A DNA stretch of 64,000 bases from Nitrospirota bacterium (GTDB lineage Bacteria > Nitrospirota > Thermodesulfovibrionia > Thermodesulfovibrionales > Dissulfurispiraceae): NCBI GenBank assembly GCA_040754455.1, contig JBFMCP010000002.1, positions 32,001 through 96,000 on the forward strand, read 5' to 3'. Positions 38,451 to 48,350 of this stretch are shown here, piece by piece. A model generated the notes under the pieces. That model searched no databases, was not told the origin of the DNA, and was given only the letters and a program-made list of their open reading frames with translations. The position numbers and the translations under genes are program-made. The stretch's first letter is position 1, and each line of letters begins with the position of its first letter.

Positions 38451-39613
38451 TGGATAATCTGGATCTGCTCATCGAGACCTCAACGGTCCAGGGACAGCTC
38501 GATGCGGGGATATCGCCATCGGTCGTTGCTGCGCGCTCATCACTCGGTACGCGCGGGGTTGCAGTGCTTTCGGGCAAAAAGGGTGAAACCAGGAAGGCAA
38601 AGATGCCGAGCTGGACCCCGGAAGAAGATAAGTTCCTGGAGACGTATCTCGGCATCCTTTCCGAGGAGGAGATCGCCGAGGCCCTGGGGAGGACATATTA
38701 TGCTGTGCACGTCCGATGGAAACGGGATCTGGCATTAAGAGCGCCCTCAAAGCGGCCTGATGTTTTGACGGGCAACCAGGTGGCTTATGGTTTGGGAATA
38801 GACATTCATTCCGCTATGCATCTTATCGACCGGGGCATTCTACCGGGATGGGAGCTGCCTTCTGTGCGCCGGATGCGAATCGTCAGGAGGATTGTGCTCC
38901 TTCAATTCATAACCAATCCTCTGAACTGGTGTTACTTCAAGCCGGAGAGGGTTGGACGAGCTCAATTTTCACCGAAGACGATGCTTCGAAAAGGGAAGGC
39001 ATACGATGTTGAGTTTTGGGAATATGCTCGCCGCCTGGTGCTGAAGCGGAAAAGCCTCTGGAAAGATGAGTGGTGGCGAATCGGCGAGGTTGCCCGGTAT
39101 CACGGGGTAGATCACTCCCTTGTAAATAAATATATCCACGACGGCGTCCTGAAAGCAACAGACTGGGGCAACTGGTGGATTCTGAAATCGCACGCGATGG
39201 ATCCTTCATTGCATTTCGTTACCGGGAAAGGGCGTAAGGGAGTTGACGTTATCAATGTGAGCCAGCGTGCAGAGGCATTCATCGTGCTTGCTGAAGCGGT
39301 CGGGCTGATGGAATCGGAGATCGCTGCATTGATGACATGGAAAGAGAAACGTATCACATATCTGAAGCGCCGGCTGCGCGAACAGGGACGCATTCCGCAG
39401 ATCATCAAAGAGAACAATCTGAAGGTCTATTACAACAAGAAAACGGAAGAGGTTTATGCGGACTGGAAGAAACACCGTGATCGGTTCCCGCGGCTTTCAA
39501 AGCTGATGGGACGGCGCGGGCGCCCAGGGCGGCGGAGCCGCGTAGAGGCGAAATATATCAACCGTGTGAAACGAAAGGCTGAGGTATATAGAGAGTGGAA
39601 AAGCAGAAGATAA
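38447..39613 (+). CDS. Multi-HTH DNA-binding protein
   Basis: WTPEEDKFL...EIAEALGRT (Myb-like) and two excisionase-like HTH repeats. Confidence 0.6.
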   Translation: MMDNLDLLIETSTVQGQLDAGISPSVVAARSSLGTRGVAVLSGKKGETRKAKMPSWTPEEDKFLETYLGILSEEEIAEALGRTYYAVHVRWKRDLALRAPSKRPDVLTGNQVAYGLGIDIHSAMHLIDRGILPGWELPSVRRMRIVRRIVLLQFITNPLNWCYFKPERVGRAQFSPKTMLRKGKAYDVEFWEYARRLVLKRKSLWKDEWWRIGEVARYHGVDHSLVNKYIHDGVLKATDWGNWWILKSHAMDPSLHFVTGKGRKGVDVINVSQRAEAFIVLAEAVGLMESEIAALMTWKEKRITYLKRRLREQGRIPQIIKENNLKVYYNKKTEEVYADWKKHRDRFPRLSKLMGRRGRPGRRSRVEAKYINRVKRKAEVYREWKSRR

Positions 39614-40164
39614 GAGAGCATCAATTCATAACTCCTGCCGAATGTGACTGCGGCGGTACCGGGCATTGCAATATCTGCGATGGAGGATTGGCCATATGTA
39701 AGATCTGCGGAGGAGCTGAAGGATCTCTTCCGACCGAGTGCCCTGGCGAAAAGATGATCGCTCATCAGGATGAGGCTGTCTACGCCGGCAAGCTCGATTT
39801 CTTTAATGGTCAATGGACCGTGATTCTATCCTCACACCGAATTGATGCTTACAGCGATAATCACCGGCACGAGGATATCCCCCAAGCTTATCGTGTTTGT
39901 GAAAATGCCGATTCAGTTACCGGGCTTATGATCTACGGGCTCTATAACGGCGAGTGGATAGCGAATCCTAATGGACGTGCCTTGATCAGGCATCTCCTGG
40001 ATGAACTGCAGAAAGCACAGGAAGAAATTAAGATTTCTGATAAGCTCCTCGCCGAACGCAATCGAGTTTTAGAGGCAATCCCGGAATGTCCAATACATGG
40101 CAAGCAGTGTATTCCACACGCGATGGATTGGATCCAGCGGAAGAGGGGGAAGGTGTCAGCATGA
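39595..40164 (+). CDS. Cys-rich phage protein
   Basis: CDC...CNICDGGLAICKICGGAEGSLPTECPG. Confidence 0.6.
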   Translation: MEKQKIREHQFITPAECDCGGTGHCNICDGGLAICKICGGAEGSLPTECPGEKMIAHQDEAVYAGKLDFFNGQWTVILSSHRIDAYSDNHRHEDIPQAYRVCENADSVTGLMIYGLYNGEWIANPNGRALIRHLLDELQKAQEEIKISDKLLAERNRVLEAIPECPIHGKQCIPHAMDWIQRKRGKVSA

Positions 40165-40324
40165 AAGGTACTGAAGAAAATACTCAGAAAGGGAATCATG
40201 ACCCAAAGATGGTTTCCTTTGAATTAAGGGAAGTGGGAGATGTAGAAATAATCCTTCTTCCTGCAAAGGAATGGAAGCTGGTATCTAGTGATCAGGATTT
40301 AATTGTGCTGAGCAGAGGGAGGGG

Positions 40325-40555
40325 ATGATGGCTGAATATCAGGTTTTGAAGAGACCCGAAAACGATCCTATTTGTTACGACGAGGAGACGATCATCGAGG
40401 CCTGCAAGCGATCGGGCTGTGATGAGGGCCAGAGGGAAGACTGTCACCTCAGGATGAGAGAGACGAACGACCTTAGTTGCCTCGACTGCTTTTGTCGTTG
40501 TGTAGATATCGAGAGGGGAAAGGGGAAGAGTGATGGCAAAGATATTCAGAGCTGA
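40325..40555 (+). CDS. Small Cys-rich protein
   Basis: RBS and overlaps; several Cys. Confidence 0.45.
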   Translation: MMAEYQVLKRPENDPICYDEETIIEACKRSGCDEGQREDCHLRMRETNDLSCLDCFCRCVDIERGKGKSDGKDIQS

Positions 40556-40733
40556 ACTTATTATCCAGACTGAAGATGAAGTGACGGAAAGCGAATTGAA
40601 TGATGCTATCTTGGCTCAAATCGATGGAGAAGATACGATCGAGACCGGTAGCCGGATGATTTTGAATGAATCAACCGTAACGTTTTTGGAAGATGTACGG
40701 GATGAAGCAATTGAAATGGGAGGCCCTAAATAG
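40533..40733 (+). CDS. Small acidic protein
   Basis: Purine-rich RBS; immediately precedes the primase. Confidence 0.5.
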   Translation: MAKIFRAELIIQTEDEVTESELNDAILAQIDGEDTIETGSRMILNESTVTFLEDVRDEAIEMGGPK

Positions 40734-40736
40734 CCT

Positions 40737-43700
40737 GTGTCTACTAACGACTTCGAAACAGTAAAATCATACCTCAACCTACTCAACGTCATCACCGGCG
40801 AGACCGGGCTCCAGATGAAGGGCGCTCATCTCGAGGAGTGCCCGTTTTGTCATCATCATGACTGTTTCAAGATTTACGATAACACGCAGACGTTCAAGTG
40901 TTTCTCTTGTGAGGGGCAGGGAGACGTTTTTGTATTCCTGCAGAAGTATCACAACATGGATGAGTTTGAATCGCTGAAGTATGCGGCCGGACTCGCTGGC
41001 GTGGATATAAAATCTCCTGAGCGCAAGGAGAAAAAGGAGAAGCCCGAGAGCGATCAGGAGAAGATGTATCGGCTCGCCTGGGAGCACTACCGGGCATCCA
41101 TCGAGGATCCGGCCAGCCCGGTGCGCAAATGGTTCATAGAGACGCGCGGCCACTCGGTCGACACGCTCAATAAGCTGAAGGTGGGAGCCTCCACCGGCAA
41201 GCTGCTGCCCTTCCTGAAGGAGCAGGGATTTGACGAGGAGGATGTCCTTAAATACGGCCTAGCGAAGAACAAAGACCACGAGGGAAAGGCGACTAAGCCC
41301 AGGGACTACTGGAAGCCGGGACTCGCTATCTTTCCGGTCTTCGATCACTCCGGGCGGATACTCTCTTTTACGGCCAAGGACCCTGAGAAGAAGATCCGGG
41401 CCACGCAGCTGGCCGGCAGCAAGAAGAAATGGCTACTCAACTATGCTGCACTCGGTAAAGGGTTTGAGCAGCTTCTCGTTGAAGGTGAGAATGATGAAGC
41501 AAGTCTGATAGATATTGGGTATGAGAACGTCTGCGGGACGGCCGGCGCGCCCGGGCAAGAGCAGATTACTCTCCTGAAGAACTTCCTCGCCGGCAAGACG
41601 GTATTTCTCTGGTATGACCAGGACAAGCAGGTCTTCCGGAAAGATCAGATCAAAGGCTCCGGAGGAGCCCACCATATTCGCTTCCTCTACGAGGGGCTGG
41701 CCGACACCGATGTGAAGGTGAAGATCATCGTGCATCCGCCGCTGCCGTCGGGCGAGGAGGCGAAGGATCCTGATGCCTACATCCAGGGACTCCTCCGGGC
41801 AGGCAAGTCACCGGCAGAGGTCCGCTCGATCGTCAAGGAGCTCAAGAATGAGGCCCTGGAGCCGCTGGAATGGGAAATACACCAGCTATCTCTCATTAAG
41901 GACGTGAAGGACCGTCTGGAGGCCTTCAAGCTGCGGAAACTGCCGCAGGCGATCAATGCGATTACCTCGGGAGCGGATCAGGAGGTATACATCCAGGAAG
42001 CGGCAAAAGCGATCGGCATCAAGATCGATAACGTAGAGGATCTGGTTAATAATGCCGTTGACCTCTATGAAAGCCTTACGGAGAGGTTCCGCGGTGAGCT
42101 GAAGAAGGCGGACCCTTACGACCTGGCGATGTTCATATTCAAGTGGCTGGGAAACGGTTCGGGAGCGAAGTTCTACAAGACCGACGAGGGGAAGGTGTAT
42201 CTCTTCTATCAGCGCACGAGCTACGAGATCGGGAACAATCTGGAGTTCAACACGCTGATGTTCCAACTGACGCATCTGGCGGCCGTGGAGAAGCCGGGAA
42301 GCACGGTGTGGTACTACCTGCAGGTGCTCGCCAACTCTCACGGAGAGCGCGTTGAGATGATGACGTGGCTGCATACGGACCGGGAGCGCGATGTTGTCTA
42401 CCTGCATCTGAATGCCTCTCATAATAAGATCATCCGATTAGCGCCCGGAGAAGAGCCTCAGCTAATCGATAACGGGACGAATGAGCACGGCATCTTGCTC
42501 ACCAAGAGTCCCCAAATGCGCCATTTCGAATACACACCAAACTCAAGCGAAGCCGAAGGCTTCGCGGCGCTCAGGACGCTTCTCATGGATACCACTCCGG
42601 CGGAAACGCCCATGAGGTTCTTTCTCGTGGCCTGGGTGACGTCTATCTTCATGATGAACTTCCAGAGTGACCGTGGCCTGCTGCAGATCATTGCAAACAG
42701 CGCGTGCGGAAAATCGAAAGTGGCCGAGAGGATCTCGCAGCTCATCTACAATGAAAATTATGTCGGCCGGGGAACGAATGCTGCAGAGACACGAGTGGCC
42801 ACAGTGAACCCGATCGTCTTCCAGGATAACCTTGAAAACCGGAACCTGAATCAGGGGACGGTCGACCTGCTCCTTCTCATGGCGAACAATACGCATAAGC
42901 CCAAGGCGAAAGGAGGCTCAGACACCGAGGTCCTCATGCAGCGGCTGTCTTCCCTGGGAGTGATCACTTCAATTGAAGCATTCCCCGGCAGGTACCCGGA
43001 GCTCGTGAACCGGACGTTCCCGCTGCTGCTGGATCCGGCGCGGAAGCAGAACGGCTACATGCACGATGAGGTGATGCGATCGATCAGCAAGCACCGGAAC
43101 CAGATACTCTCTTGTCTGCTCCGTATGATCAGTAAAGAAGTGTTGCCGAATCTCGAGGAGCGGAAGTACTGGAGCAAGCACCTGCAGACGAAGTATCCGG
43201 GGCACGCGAAAGAGAGAAACAACGAGCACCTCTGCACGATGATGGTTATCCTCGAGGCGATGCTGAAGAGGATCCCATACGCAAAGGGCAACGTCCCGAC
43301 GAAGACCCAGGCGATGGAGCTGCTCGATCACTGGATAAGGACCATGGAGGAACAGGAGCACGCGACGGCCATCACCTCGAACACTCTATTGAATCTGATG
43401 GACGGCCTGGCCAGGGAGGTACTCATTGCTATCAAGCATAAGGGGAATACTCTTCTTTATTCAGACAGCACGGAATTCGATCCTCCGTATCCGGACTTCA
43501 TAGGAGGGAAGGGGCGAGGTACTCGAGTAAAGATCCATGAGGATCCTATTTATCTGGAAACCTTCTATTTGACGGATGTTATGCAAGAGGAGGCGGGACC
43601 TGAGGACGAGGATGTAATGGAATCCTTTCAAAGGCTGGAGTTCATCATTACGGCTGCGGATCTCTATACGCTCTTCAACCGTTACTGCAAGAACCAGGGC

Positions 43701-43877
43701 ATCCGTAACCCCTTCGAGAACCCGACGTCCCTTGGCGCCCGGATCTCGAACGACAGGGCGATCCTTGAGAAAGGCGGCTGGACCTATATCCAGCGAAAGA
43801 AGGACGTGGCCCAGTACAAGAAGATCGCCGGTAACTGGCATTGGCGGTTCTCGAAGAAGGTAAAGGTGATAAACTAA
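40737..43877 (+). CDS. DnaG-type primase (CHC2 zinc finger + Toprim) fused to a C-terminal helicase-like NTPase
   Basis: CPFCHHHDC...CFSC; VEGENDE and YDQD Toprim; KDPD; ANSACGKS and VFQDN. Confidence 0.88.
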   Translation: MSTNDFETVKSYLNLLNVITGETGLQMKGAHLEECPFCHHHDCFKIYDNTQTFKCFSCEGQGDVFVFLQKYHNMDEFESLKYAAGLAGVDIKSPERKEKKEKPESDQEKMYRLAWEHYRASIEDPASPVRKWFIETRGHSVDTLNKLKVGASTGKLLPFLKEQGFDEEDVLKYGLAKNKDHEGKATKPRDYWKPGLAIFPVFDHSGRILSFTAKDPEKKIRATQLAGSKKKWLLNYAALGKGFEQLLVEGENDEASLIDIGYENVCGTAGAPGQEQITLLKNFLAGKTVFLWYDQDKQVFRKDQIKGSGGAHHIRFLYEGLADTDVKVKIIVHPPLPSGEEAKDPDAYIQGLLRAGKSPAEVRSIVKELKNEALEPLEWEIHQLSLIKDVKDRLEAFKLRKLPQAINAITSGADQEVYIQEAAKAIGIKIDNVEDLVNNAVDLYESLTERFRGELKKADPYDLAMFIFKWLGNGSGAKFYKTDEGKVYLFYQRTSYEIGNNLEFNTLMFQLTHLAAVEKPGSTVWYYLQVLANSHGERVEMMTWLHTDRERDVVYLHLNASHNKIIRLAPGEEPQLIDNGTNEHGILLTKSPQMRHFEYTPNSSEAEGFAALRTLLMDTTPAETPMRFFLVAWVTSIFMMNFQSDRGLLQIIANSACGKSKVAERISQLIYNENYVGRGTNAAETRVATVNPIVFQDNLENRNLNQGTVDLLLLMANNTHKPKAKGGSDTEVLMQRLSSLGVITSIEAFPGRYPELVNRTFPLLLDPARKQNGYMHDEVMRSISKHRNQILSCLLRMISKEVLPNLEERKYWSKHLQTKYPGHAKERNNEHLCTMMVILEAMLKRIPYAKGNVPTKTQAMELLDHWIRTMEEQEHATAITSNTLLNLMDGLAREVLIAIKHKGNTLLYSDSTEFDPPYPDFIGGKGRGTRVKIHEDPIYLETFYLTDVMQEEAGPEDEDVMESFQRLEFIITAADLYTLFNRYCKNQGIRNPFENPTSLGARISNDRAILEKGGWTYIQRKKDVAQYKKIAGNWHWRFSKKVKVIN

Positions 43878-43977
43878 TGACCTCTCTGACTATTCCTAAT
43901 ACATTCAAAGAGATATACGCAAAAAGCTCTTTTTTTTGCCTGACGAAAAAAATTAGATCGAGCATATTTTTTAATTT

Positions 43978-44180
43978 AAACTTCCCAACTTCCCCTAAAT
44001 CTAGTAACTATATGAATTTTAATTTTAATTTAATAGTGAAGTTTGGGGAAGTTGTTGGGGAAGGGTTGGGGAAGTTGGGGGAAGTTAGGGGGAAGTTGGA
44101 CGACCCTGCTTGCAAACTTCCCCTAATCGTAAGTCTCTCAATCATAAGGGAAACTTTCAGGCTAGGGGAAGTGGGAAGTT
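43978..44180. repeat. Iteron-like GGGGAAGTT array, probable replication origin
   Basis: About ten GGGAAG(T) units in both orientations in AT-rich DNA just downstream of the primase. Confidence 0.65.
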
Positions 44181-44873
44181 GGGGGAGGCAGGTACATGCT
44201 CAGCTTGGCAGCGAGATCCTCGTTTCTTCTCTCCTTTTTCGGTCCTATTGCTATCAAAAAAATAGATTGTTTTTAGTTATTTTTATAGCTCTTGTTATTA
44301 GTTTTTCTTTTAATGTTCTCAAGGATTTAGATACTCTCTGTGCTGCCTGTCTATTGGTTGGTTTTTCCCGTGGGGGCTGGAACAGTCGGAAATCAACGAA
44401 ATCGTCAGAGATCATGACAGTCTCAATTGGTGGACATATAGGAACAATTGTTTACAATGTTGTTGAGGGTATTAAAAATATTTTATATAGTATAAACAAA
44501 TACTTACTCTGTCAGTTCTTTGTCGGTGGTAGCTGCTTTTCTTCTGTGATATTTTTTCTACTGAGTAACTTATTGAATTGTATAGGTTGGCACGAGAATA
44601 ATATTTTACATAATGGCTCTTCTAGGACATTTAAGTATTATCATCAGATCGTCAATAGTTTGAATTTTCAGTGGTCAGACCTCCCCCCCTGGCAAAATAT
44701 TTCTAAGTTTAGGTGCCAGCCCTCCCCCATTACTCTTACTAAAATGGGGCATATTCCCAAGCGCTTTATAGCGGTCACTATACATTTGTTTAGTAGTGCT
44801 CTCCTTAGTGTCGAAAGTTTGTTTTTAGCTGATGTCTGTGGTTTTCGAAAAAGGGGGGCGCGGGGGGATAGAT

Positions 44874-45206
44874 ATGACTGCTGAGCAACACAAGCAGGTC
44901 GAGGCCCTGAGCAGCTGCAGGCTCGGATATTGGAACCAGTCGGGACGTTTTATCGGGCAGCTCCTGGAGAAGCCCGAGACGGAGCTCACGGATCAGCAGG
45001 AATGGTATCTCAAGTTCCTCTGCTATAAACATCGCCGGCAGCTCAAGAGGTTCGGTATTCAGGTCCCTCGTGAATTACCGATCCGCCCGGACAAAGAAAA
45101 GCAGCCCATGACGGTAAAAGTTACTCATCCCTCCGAGCTGCCGGGACGTAAGCGGAGGCCGGTGCAATATGATGTACGAGAATTCTGGACGGCAAAGGAG
45201 TTTTAA
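44874..45206 (+). CDS. Hypothetical phage protein
   Basis: Start MTAEQHK; codon usage typical of the phage. Confidence 0.6.
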   Translation: MTAEQHKQVEALSSCRLGYWNQSGRFIGQLLEKPETELTDQQEWYLKFLCYKHRRQLKRFGIQVPRELPIRPDKEKQPMTVKVTHPSELPGRKRRPVQYDVREFWTAKEF

Positions 45207-45207
45207 G

Positions 45208-45471
45208 ATGAGGTGGACATACATCAGCGATCTGAGAATAAACATTATGAGGAATTTAATAATTGGCGGGTTAATGATGTTTGTTATGCTTCATGTTTTT
45301 ATCTGGCAGTTCCCCAATTACTTTGAAGATTATTCCACACTGAGTCTGGAGGATAGAGCATGGTTATCCATTCTTCAGTTCGGAATAATTTTTGAGGTGG
45401 CCTTCTGGGGATCAGGATTCTTAGAGGGAATGATAAAGAGGCATCGAGAGAAAAACAATGCTGGCAAATAA
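45208..45471 (+). CDS. Small two-TM membrane protein
   Basis: AAGGAG RBS; two hydrophobic segments; AT-rich. Confidence 0.5.
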   Translation: MRWTYISDLRINIMRNLIIGGLMMFVMLHVFIWQFPNYFEDYSTLSLEDRAWLSILQFGIIFEVAFWGSGFLEGMIKRHREKNNAGK

Positions 45472-45509
45472 GGAAATAGTGCAAACGCATAATAGAGCCG
45501 AGGGGAATA

Positions 45510-46523
45510 ATGTTTGAGAACTATCTAACAGGCTTCGCCGAGCAGGAGCGTGTTCTTCACGGGCTTGATGAAGCCTCAGTGTCGGCCTATCTTAAAAAAT
45601 TAAAAGAGTTCTTAGAATGGCTCGAAGGCAACGGGCATCCGGAGGAAATAGACATCCTCAAACAACGTGAGCTCATTGAGCAATATCTGCAGTGGTGCTT
45701 CCGTAGGGGGAATAAGAATACCACGCGAAACACCAAGCTCACGGCCATCACCAAATTTTATCGTTATCTCGTCTATATCAAGGCCCTTGATACTGATATC
45801 ACCGCCGACATCCCGCGACCGAAGACTCCACGTCGGTTTATGCAGGCGTACACCCGGGAGGACGTGCTCCGCCTTTTCCGGGCGATTCCGCTCCTTGACC
45901 CTAAGAAGGCAGAGAAAGCCCTCCGTGATGTCGTGATCATCATCCTGGGCGCTTTCTGCGGCTTCCGTATCGATGAGGCGCTTACCACCACGTTGAGCTC
46001 GATTGAGGACGATGGGAAATATATAAATATCCACGTTGAGGCAAAGTTCGGCAAGCATCGCTCCGTATATCTCTGGGCAGCGCCTTCTAACTTTGTGCGT
46101 TCTTATGTTGCGGTCCGCCTCGGGCATGGCGCGAAGAAAGATTCTCCGTTGCTGGTGTCATATAACAAGGGCGGAAAGCCCAAGGGTAATGCTCTCACGC
46201 ACGGAGCCATTGACCAGCTGATCAAGGGCCTGGCTGCGAATGCAGCCCTCCGGAAGCCGGAGAATCATTACCACATGTTCAGGGCAGGTCATATCAATGA
46301 CCTGCAGCGGATTAAAGGTTATACGCTCCCGGCGATCGCCAAGCGCGTCGGGCACGAGAATATAGAGACAACGTTTATTTACATCAAAGACCGGGACCGG
46401 ATTCACCATGAATACCCGAGCCTGGCCGCTTTCTGGAAAGATTTTGGTCCCCAATTGTGGGAGAAAGGAGATACTGATGCTAACGGCAGTAGTCATGTTG
46501 GAGGAGGAGAGATTGTCGAATAA
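45510..46523 (+). CDS. Second tyrosine recombinase (Xer-like)
   Basis: SAM-like N-domain; GFRIDE, KFGKHR, HMFR, GHENIETTFIY. Confidence 0.85.
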   Translation: MFENYLTGFAEQERVLHGLDEASVSAYLKKLKEFLEWLEGNGHPEEIDILKQRELIEQYLQWCFRRGNKNTTRNTKLTAITKFYRYLVYIKALDTDITADIPRPKTPRRFMQAYTREDVLRLFRAIPLLDPKKAEKALRDVVIIILGAFCGFRIDEALTTTLSSIEDDGKYINIHVEAKFGKHRSVYLWAAPSNFVRSYVAVRLGHGAKKDSPLLVSYNKGGKPKGNALTHGAIDQLIKGLAANAALRKPENHYHMFRAGHINDLQRIKGYTLPAIAKRVGHENIETTFIYIKDRDRIHHEYPSLAAFWKDFGPQLWEKGDTDANGSSHVGGGEIVE

Positions 46524-47007
46524 CAAAAGAACGGCCAACTGGGAACGTCTCATACCGCTTTTTCAGTCCTATGTCGATACGTTCGGGGCCGAGCTGGGGG
46601 GAATGGTCATTGATTACATCGCCCGAATGATCGGCGGGTACCGGATCTCTTTCCCGGAAAAGCTGACGCCGATCACCAGGCATTCGGAGAGCTGGGTTAT
46701 CCTCGCCCAGTTTTATGATGTCCTATGCTCGGACCTCAGCAAGATCGAGATGCCGAAGGCACCTGAAGAATTCCGTAACGGCTCCAGGCTGTCGGGGAAC
46801 CGGATAGGCCAGGTCGTTATGAAGGAGATGTTTCGTAGACTCAAGGGCCATCGGATTTCATTTGTCAGGCTTGAAGAGATGCATCGCATCGAGCGTGACG
46901 AGAAGATCCGCAAAGAGCGGAAGGAGCATGGCACCAGCGTCACCGTCCTCGCCGAGCGCAGCGGCCTGGATGAAGTGACGATATGGAGAATATTGAGGGA
47001 GGAATAA
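46513..47007 (+). CDS. Mor/C-like late transcription activator
   Basis: GGYRISFP, a repeat KGHRISFV, then RDEKIR...VLAERSGLDEVTIWRIL HTH; TTG start after GGAGGAG. Confidence 0.7.
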   Translation: MSNNKRTANWERLIPLFQSYVDTFGAELGGMVIDYIARMIGGYRISFPEKLTPITRHSESWVILAQFYDVLCSDLSKIEMPKAPEEFRNGSRLSGNRIGQVVMKEMFRRLKGHRISFVRLEEMHRIERDEKIRKERKEHGTSVTVLAERSGLDEVTIWRILREE

Positions 47008-47010
47008 ATA

Positions 47011-47238
47011 GTGAAGGATTTATCTCATTTGAAATCTATTTTCAAATTTCTGCCAGGCGATAAGGTCGAGACGATTGTGGGGGATCTGGGCTTTGTTGAA
47101 ACCTGCGCTATAGAGGCTGAAGGTCGTGTGAAATATTACGTTGTTTGGAAGGGCGGCAACGGTAGATGGTTTTATGAGGATACCTTAACTGCGGGATGGA
47201 ACACGTCGAAGTCCGTGAGCGGTTTTAAAACAAAATAG
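47011..47238 (+). CDS. Small SH3-like protein
   Basis: FKFLPGDKVE...YYVVW...WFYEDTL. Confidence 0.55.
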   Translation: MKDLSHLKSIFKFLPGDKVETIVGDLGFVETCAIEAEGRVKYYVVWKGGNGRWFYEDTLTAGWNTSKSVSGFKTK

Positions 47239-47248
47239 GAGACCGAAT

Positions 47249-47449
47249 ATGAAGAACGCGAACTGCATCTTCAATGATCGGGGTGCCTGGTGCAAGAACG
47301 AGAAGGTAAAGCGGCGCTTGTTTGGCCTGGGGGCGAGAGTTTGTGCTGTGTTTAATGGGATGTCAGCACCAGCAAGAATATCCTCGACCAAAATCCCTTC
47401 CCCCAGTCCCGTCGCCGAGGGTGGAGCACCTGGGGATATAAGAGCGTAG
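47249..47449 (+). CDS. Hypothetical protein
   Basis: AGGAG RBS. Confidence 0.5.
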   Translation: MKNANCIFNDRGAWCKNEKVKRRLFGLGARVCAVFNGMSAPARISSTKIPSPSPVAEGGAPGDIRA

Positions 47450-47479
47450 AATGTTGGAGTGTTGGGGTATAATAATTCC

Positions 47480-47596
47480 ATGAATTACGGCCTGGTCTAT
47501 AAGTCTAAGAGGAAGCGAAACAGTGGAGTTCTTTGGGCTCTGGCGTTGGCTGTGATAGTTATAGGGATTATTTCTCTCTGGGGTCTATGGAGATGA
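47480..47596 (+). CDS. 38-aa single-TM peptide
   Basis: MNYGLVYKSKRKRNSGVLWALALAVIVIGIISLWGLWR*; TGATG coupling to the Lar-like gene. Confidence 0.45.
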   Translation: MNYGLVYKSKRKRNSGVLWALALAVIVIGIISLWGLWR

Positions 47597-47808
47597 TGGT
47601 TAAATTGTTGCCATGCCCTTTTTGTGGCAACGAAGCGAAGCTGTACGAAGACTCGGAATATGCTAGCGAAGACCTCAGAAAATATTCTGTCTCCTGTACA
47701 GGATGCTCCTGCTCCTTGGGGGCCCTCGGCGATGACCATGACGACAATCCTGAATATTTGTTCTCTTCTAAGGAAGAGGCAATTAAGGCTTGGAATACTC
47801 GTGTATAA
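47596..47808 (+). CDS. Lar-family restriction alleviation protein
   Basis: LLPCPFCG...CTGC...KEEAIKAWNTR signature. Confidence 0.8.
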   Translation: MVKLLPCPFCGNEAKLYEDSEYASEDLRKYSVSCTGCSCSLGALGDDHDDNPEYLFSSKEEAIKAWNTRV

Positions 47809-47817
47809 ATTTAACCG

Positions 47818-47850
47818 CTGGCAAATCATGAAATAGAGAATTTGTATAAT
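47818..47850 (+). promoter_or_regulatory. Late promoter copy 1
   Basis: CTGGCAAATCATGAAATA-9 bp-TATAAT. Confidence 0.7.
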
Positions 47851-47854
47851 TTGT

Positions 47855-48052
47855 GAAGAGGTATTTGCGGAATGTCTTGACGGCGACCGCCAAAATCATC
47901 GACAAGGCTTCCGTCTTCGGTCAGTAGCAATTCACTCTTTTCCGGTGGGAACTGCTTAACCCGAAACCTGAAAGCTTGTTAGGATAGTGGTCAACTCTCT
48001 TTGGAGAGACCCTGGCCAACCCCGACTGGGCACTGGTTTCGGGTATTTTTTT
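47855..48052 (+). ncRNA. Structured late-operon leader RNA
   Basis: Several stems, including a perfect ACCCGAAACC/GGTTTCGGGT followed by a T-tract. Confidence 0.4.
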
Positions 48053-48069
48053 GCCCGGAAAGGAGAACA

Positions 48070-48270
48070 ATGCACACAGACTGGGATATCAAGGACTGGA
48101 AGCGCCGTCTCGCCAAGCTGCTCAAAGAACACCCTGACATTGACGACCAGACCACCGGGCGTATCGAAATCAATCTTAACAGGGGCTCTATAACCAAGGC
48201 TTATAAGGTCGAAACCGAATCCCGTAACGGAGGGGCGAAAAGGATTATCACCATGACGGAATTGAAGTAA
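48070..48270 (+). CDS. Small YezD/DUF2292-like protein
   Basis: AGGAG RBS; TGRIEINLNRGSI pattern. Confidence 0.5.
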   Translation: MHTDWDIKDWKRRLAKLLKEHPDIDDQTTGRIEINLNRGSITKAYKVETESRNGGAKRIITMTELK

Positions 48271-48314
48271 TCGCGGTCAGTTAGTAACTGCCGTCCTGGT
48301 GCGGCAGATCTATT

Positions 48315-48350
48315 AAACCCGGCAATGCGCTATGCGTTGGCCGGGTTTTT
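48315..48350 (+). terminator. Terminator-like hairpin before the modification genes
   Basis: AAACCCGGC...GCCGGGTTTTTT. Confidence 0.55.

Noticed and set aside
45510..47007. Mu-type transposable phage, suggested by Mor-, MuF- and Mom-like genes
   Set aside because: No DDE transposase or MuB in the window; the element has a tyrosine integrase, a tRNA att site and its own primase.
48015..48035. ZMP/ZTP riboswitch-like CCGACTGGGCA segment
   Set aside because: The conserved 5' domain is not seen and the downstream genes are unrelated to purine or folate metabolism.
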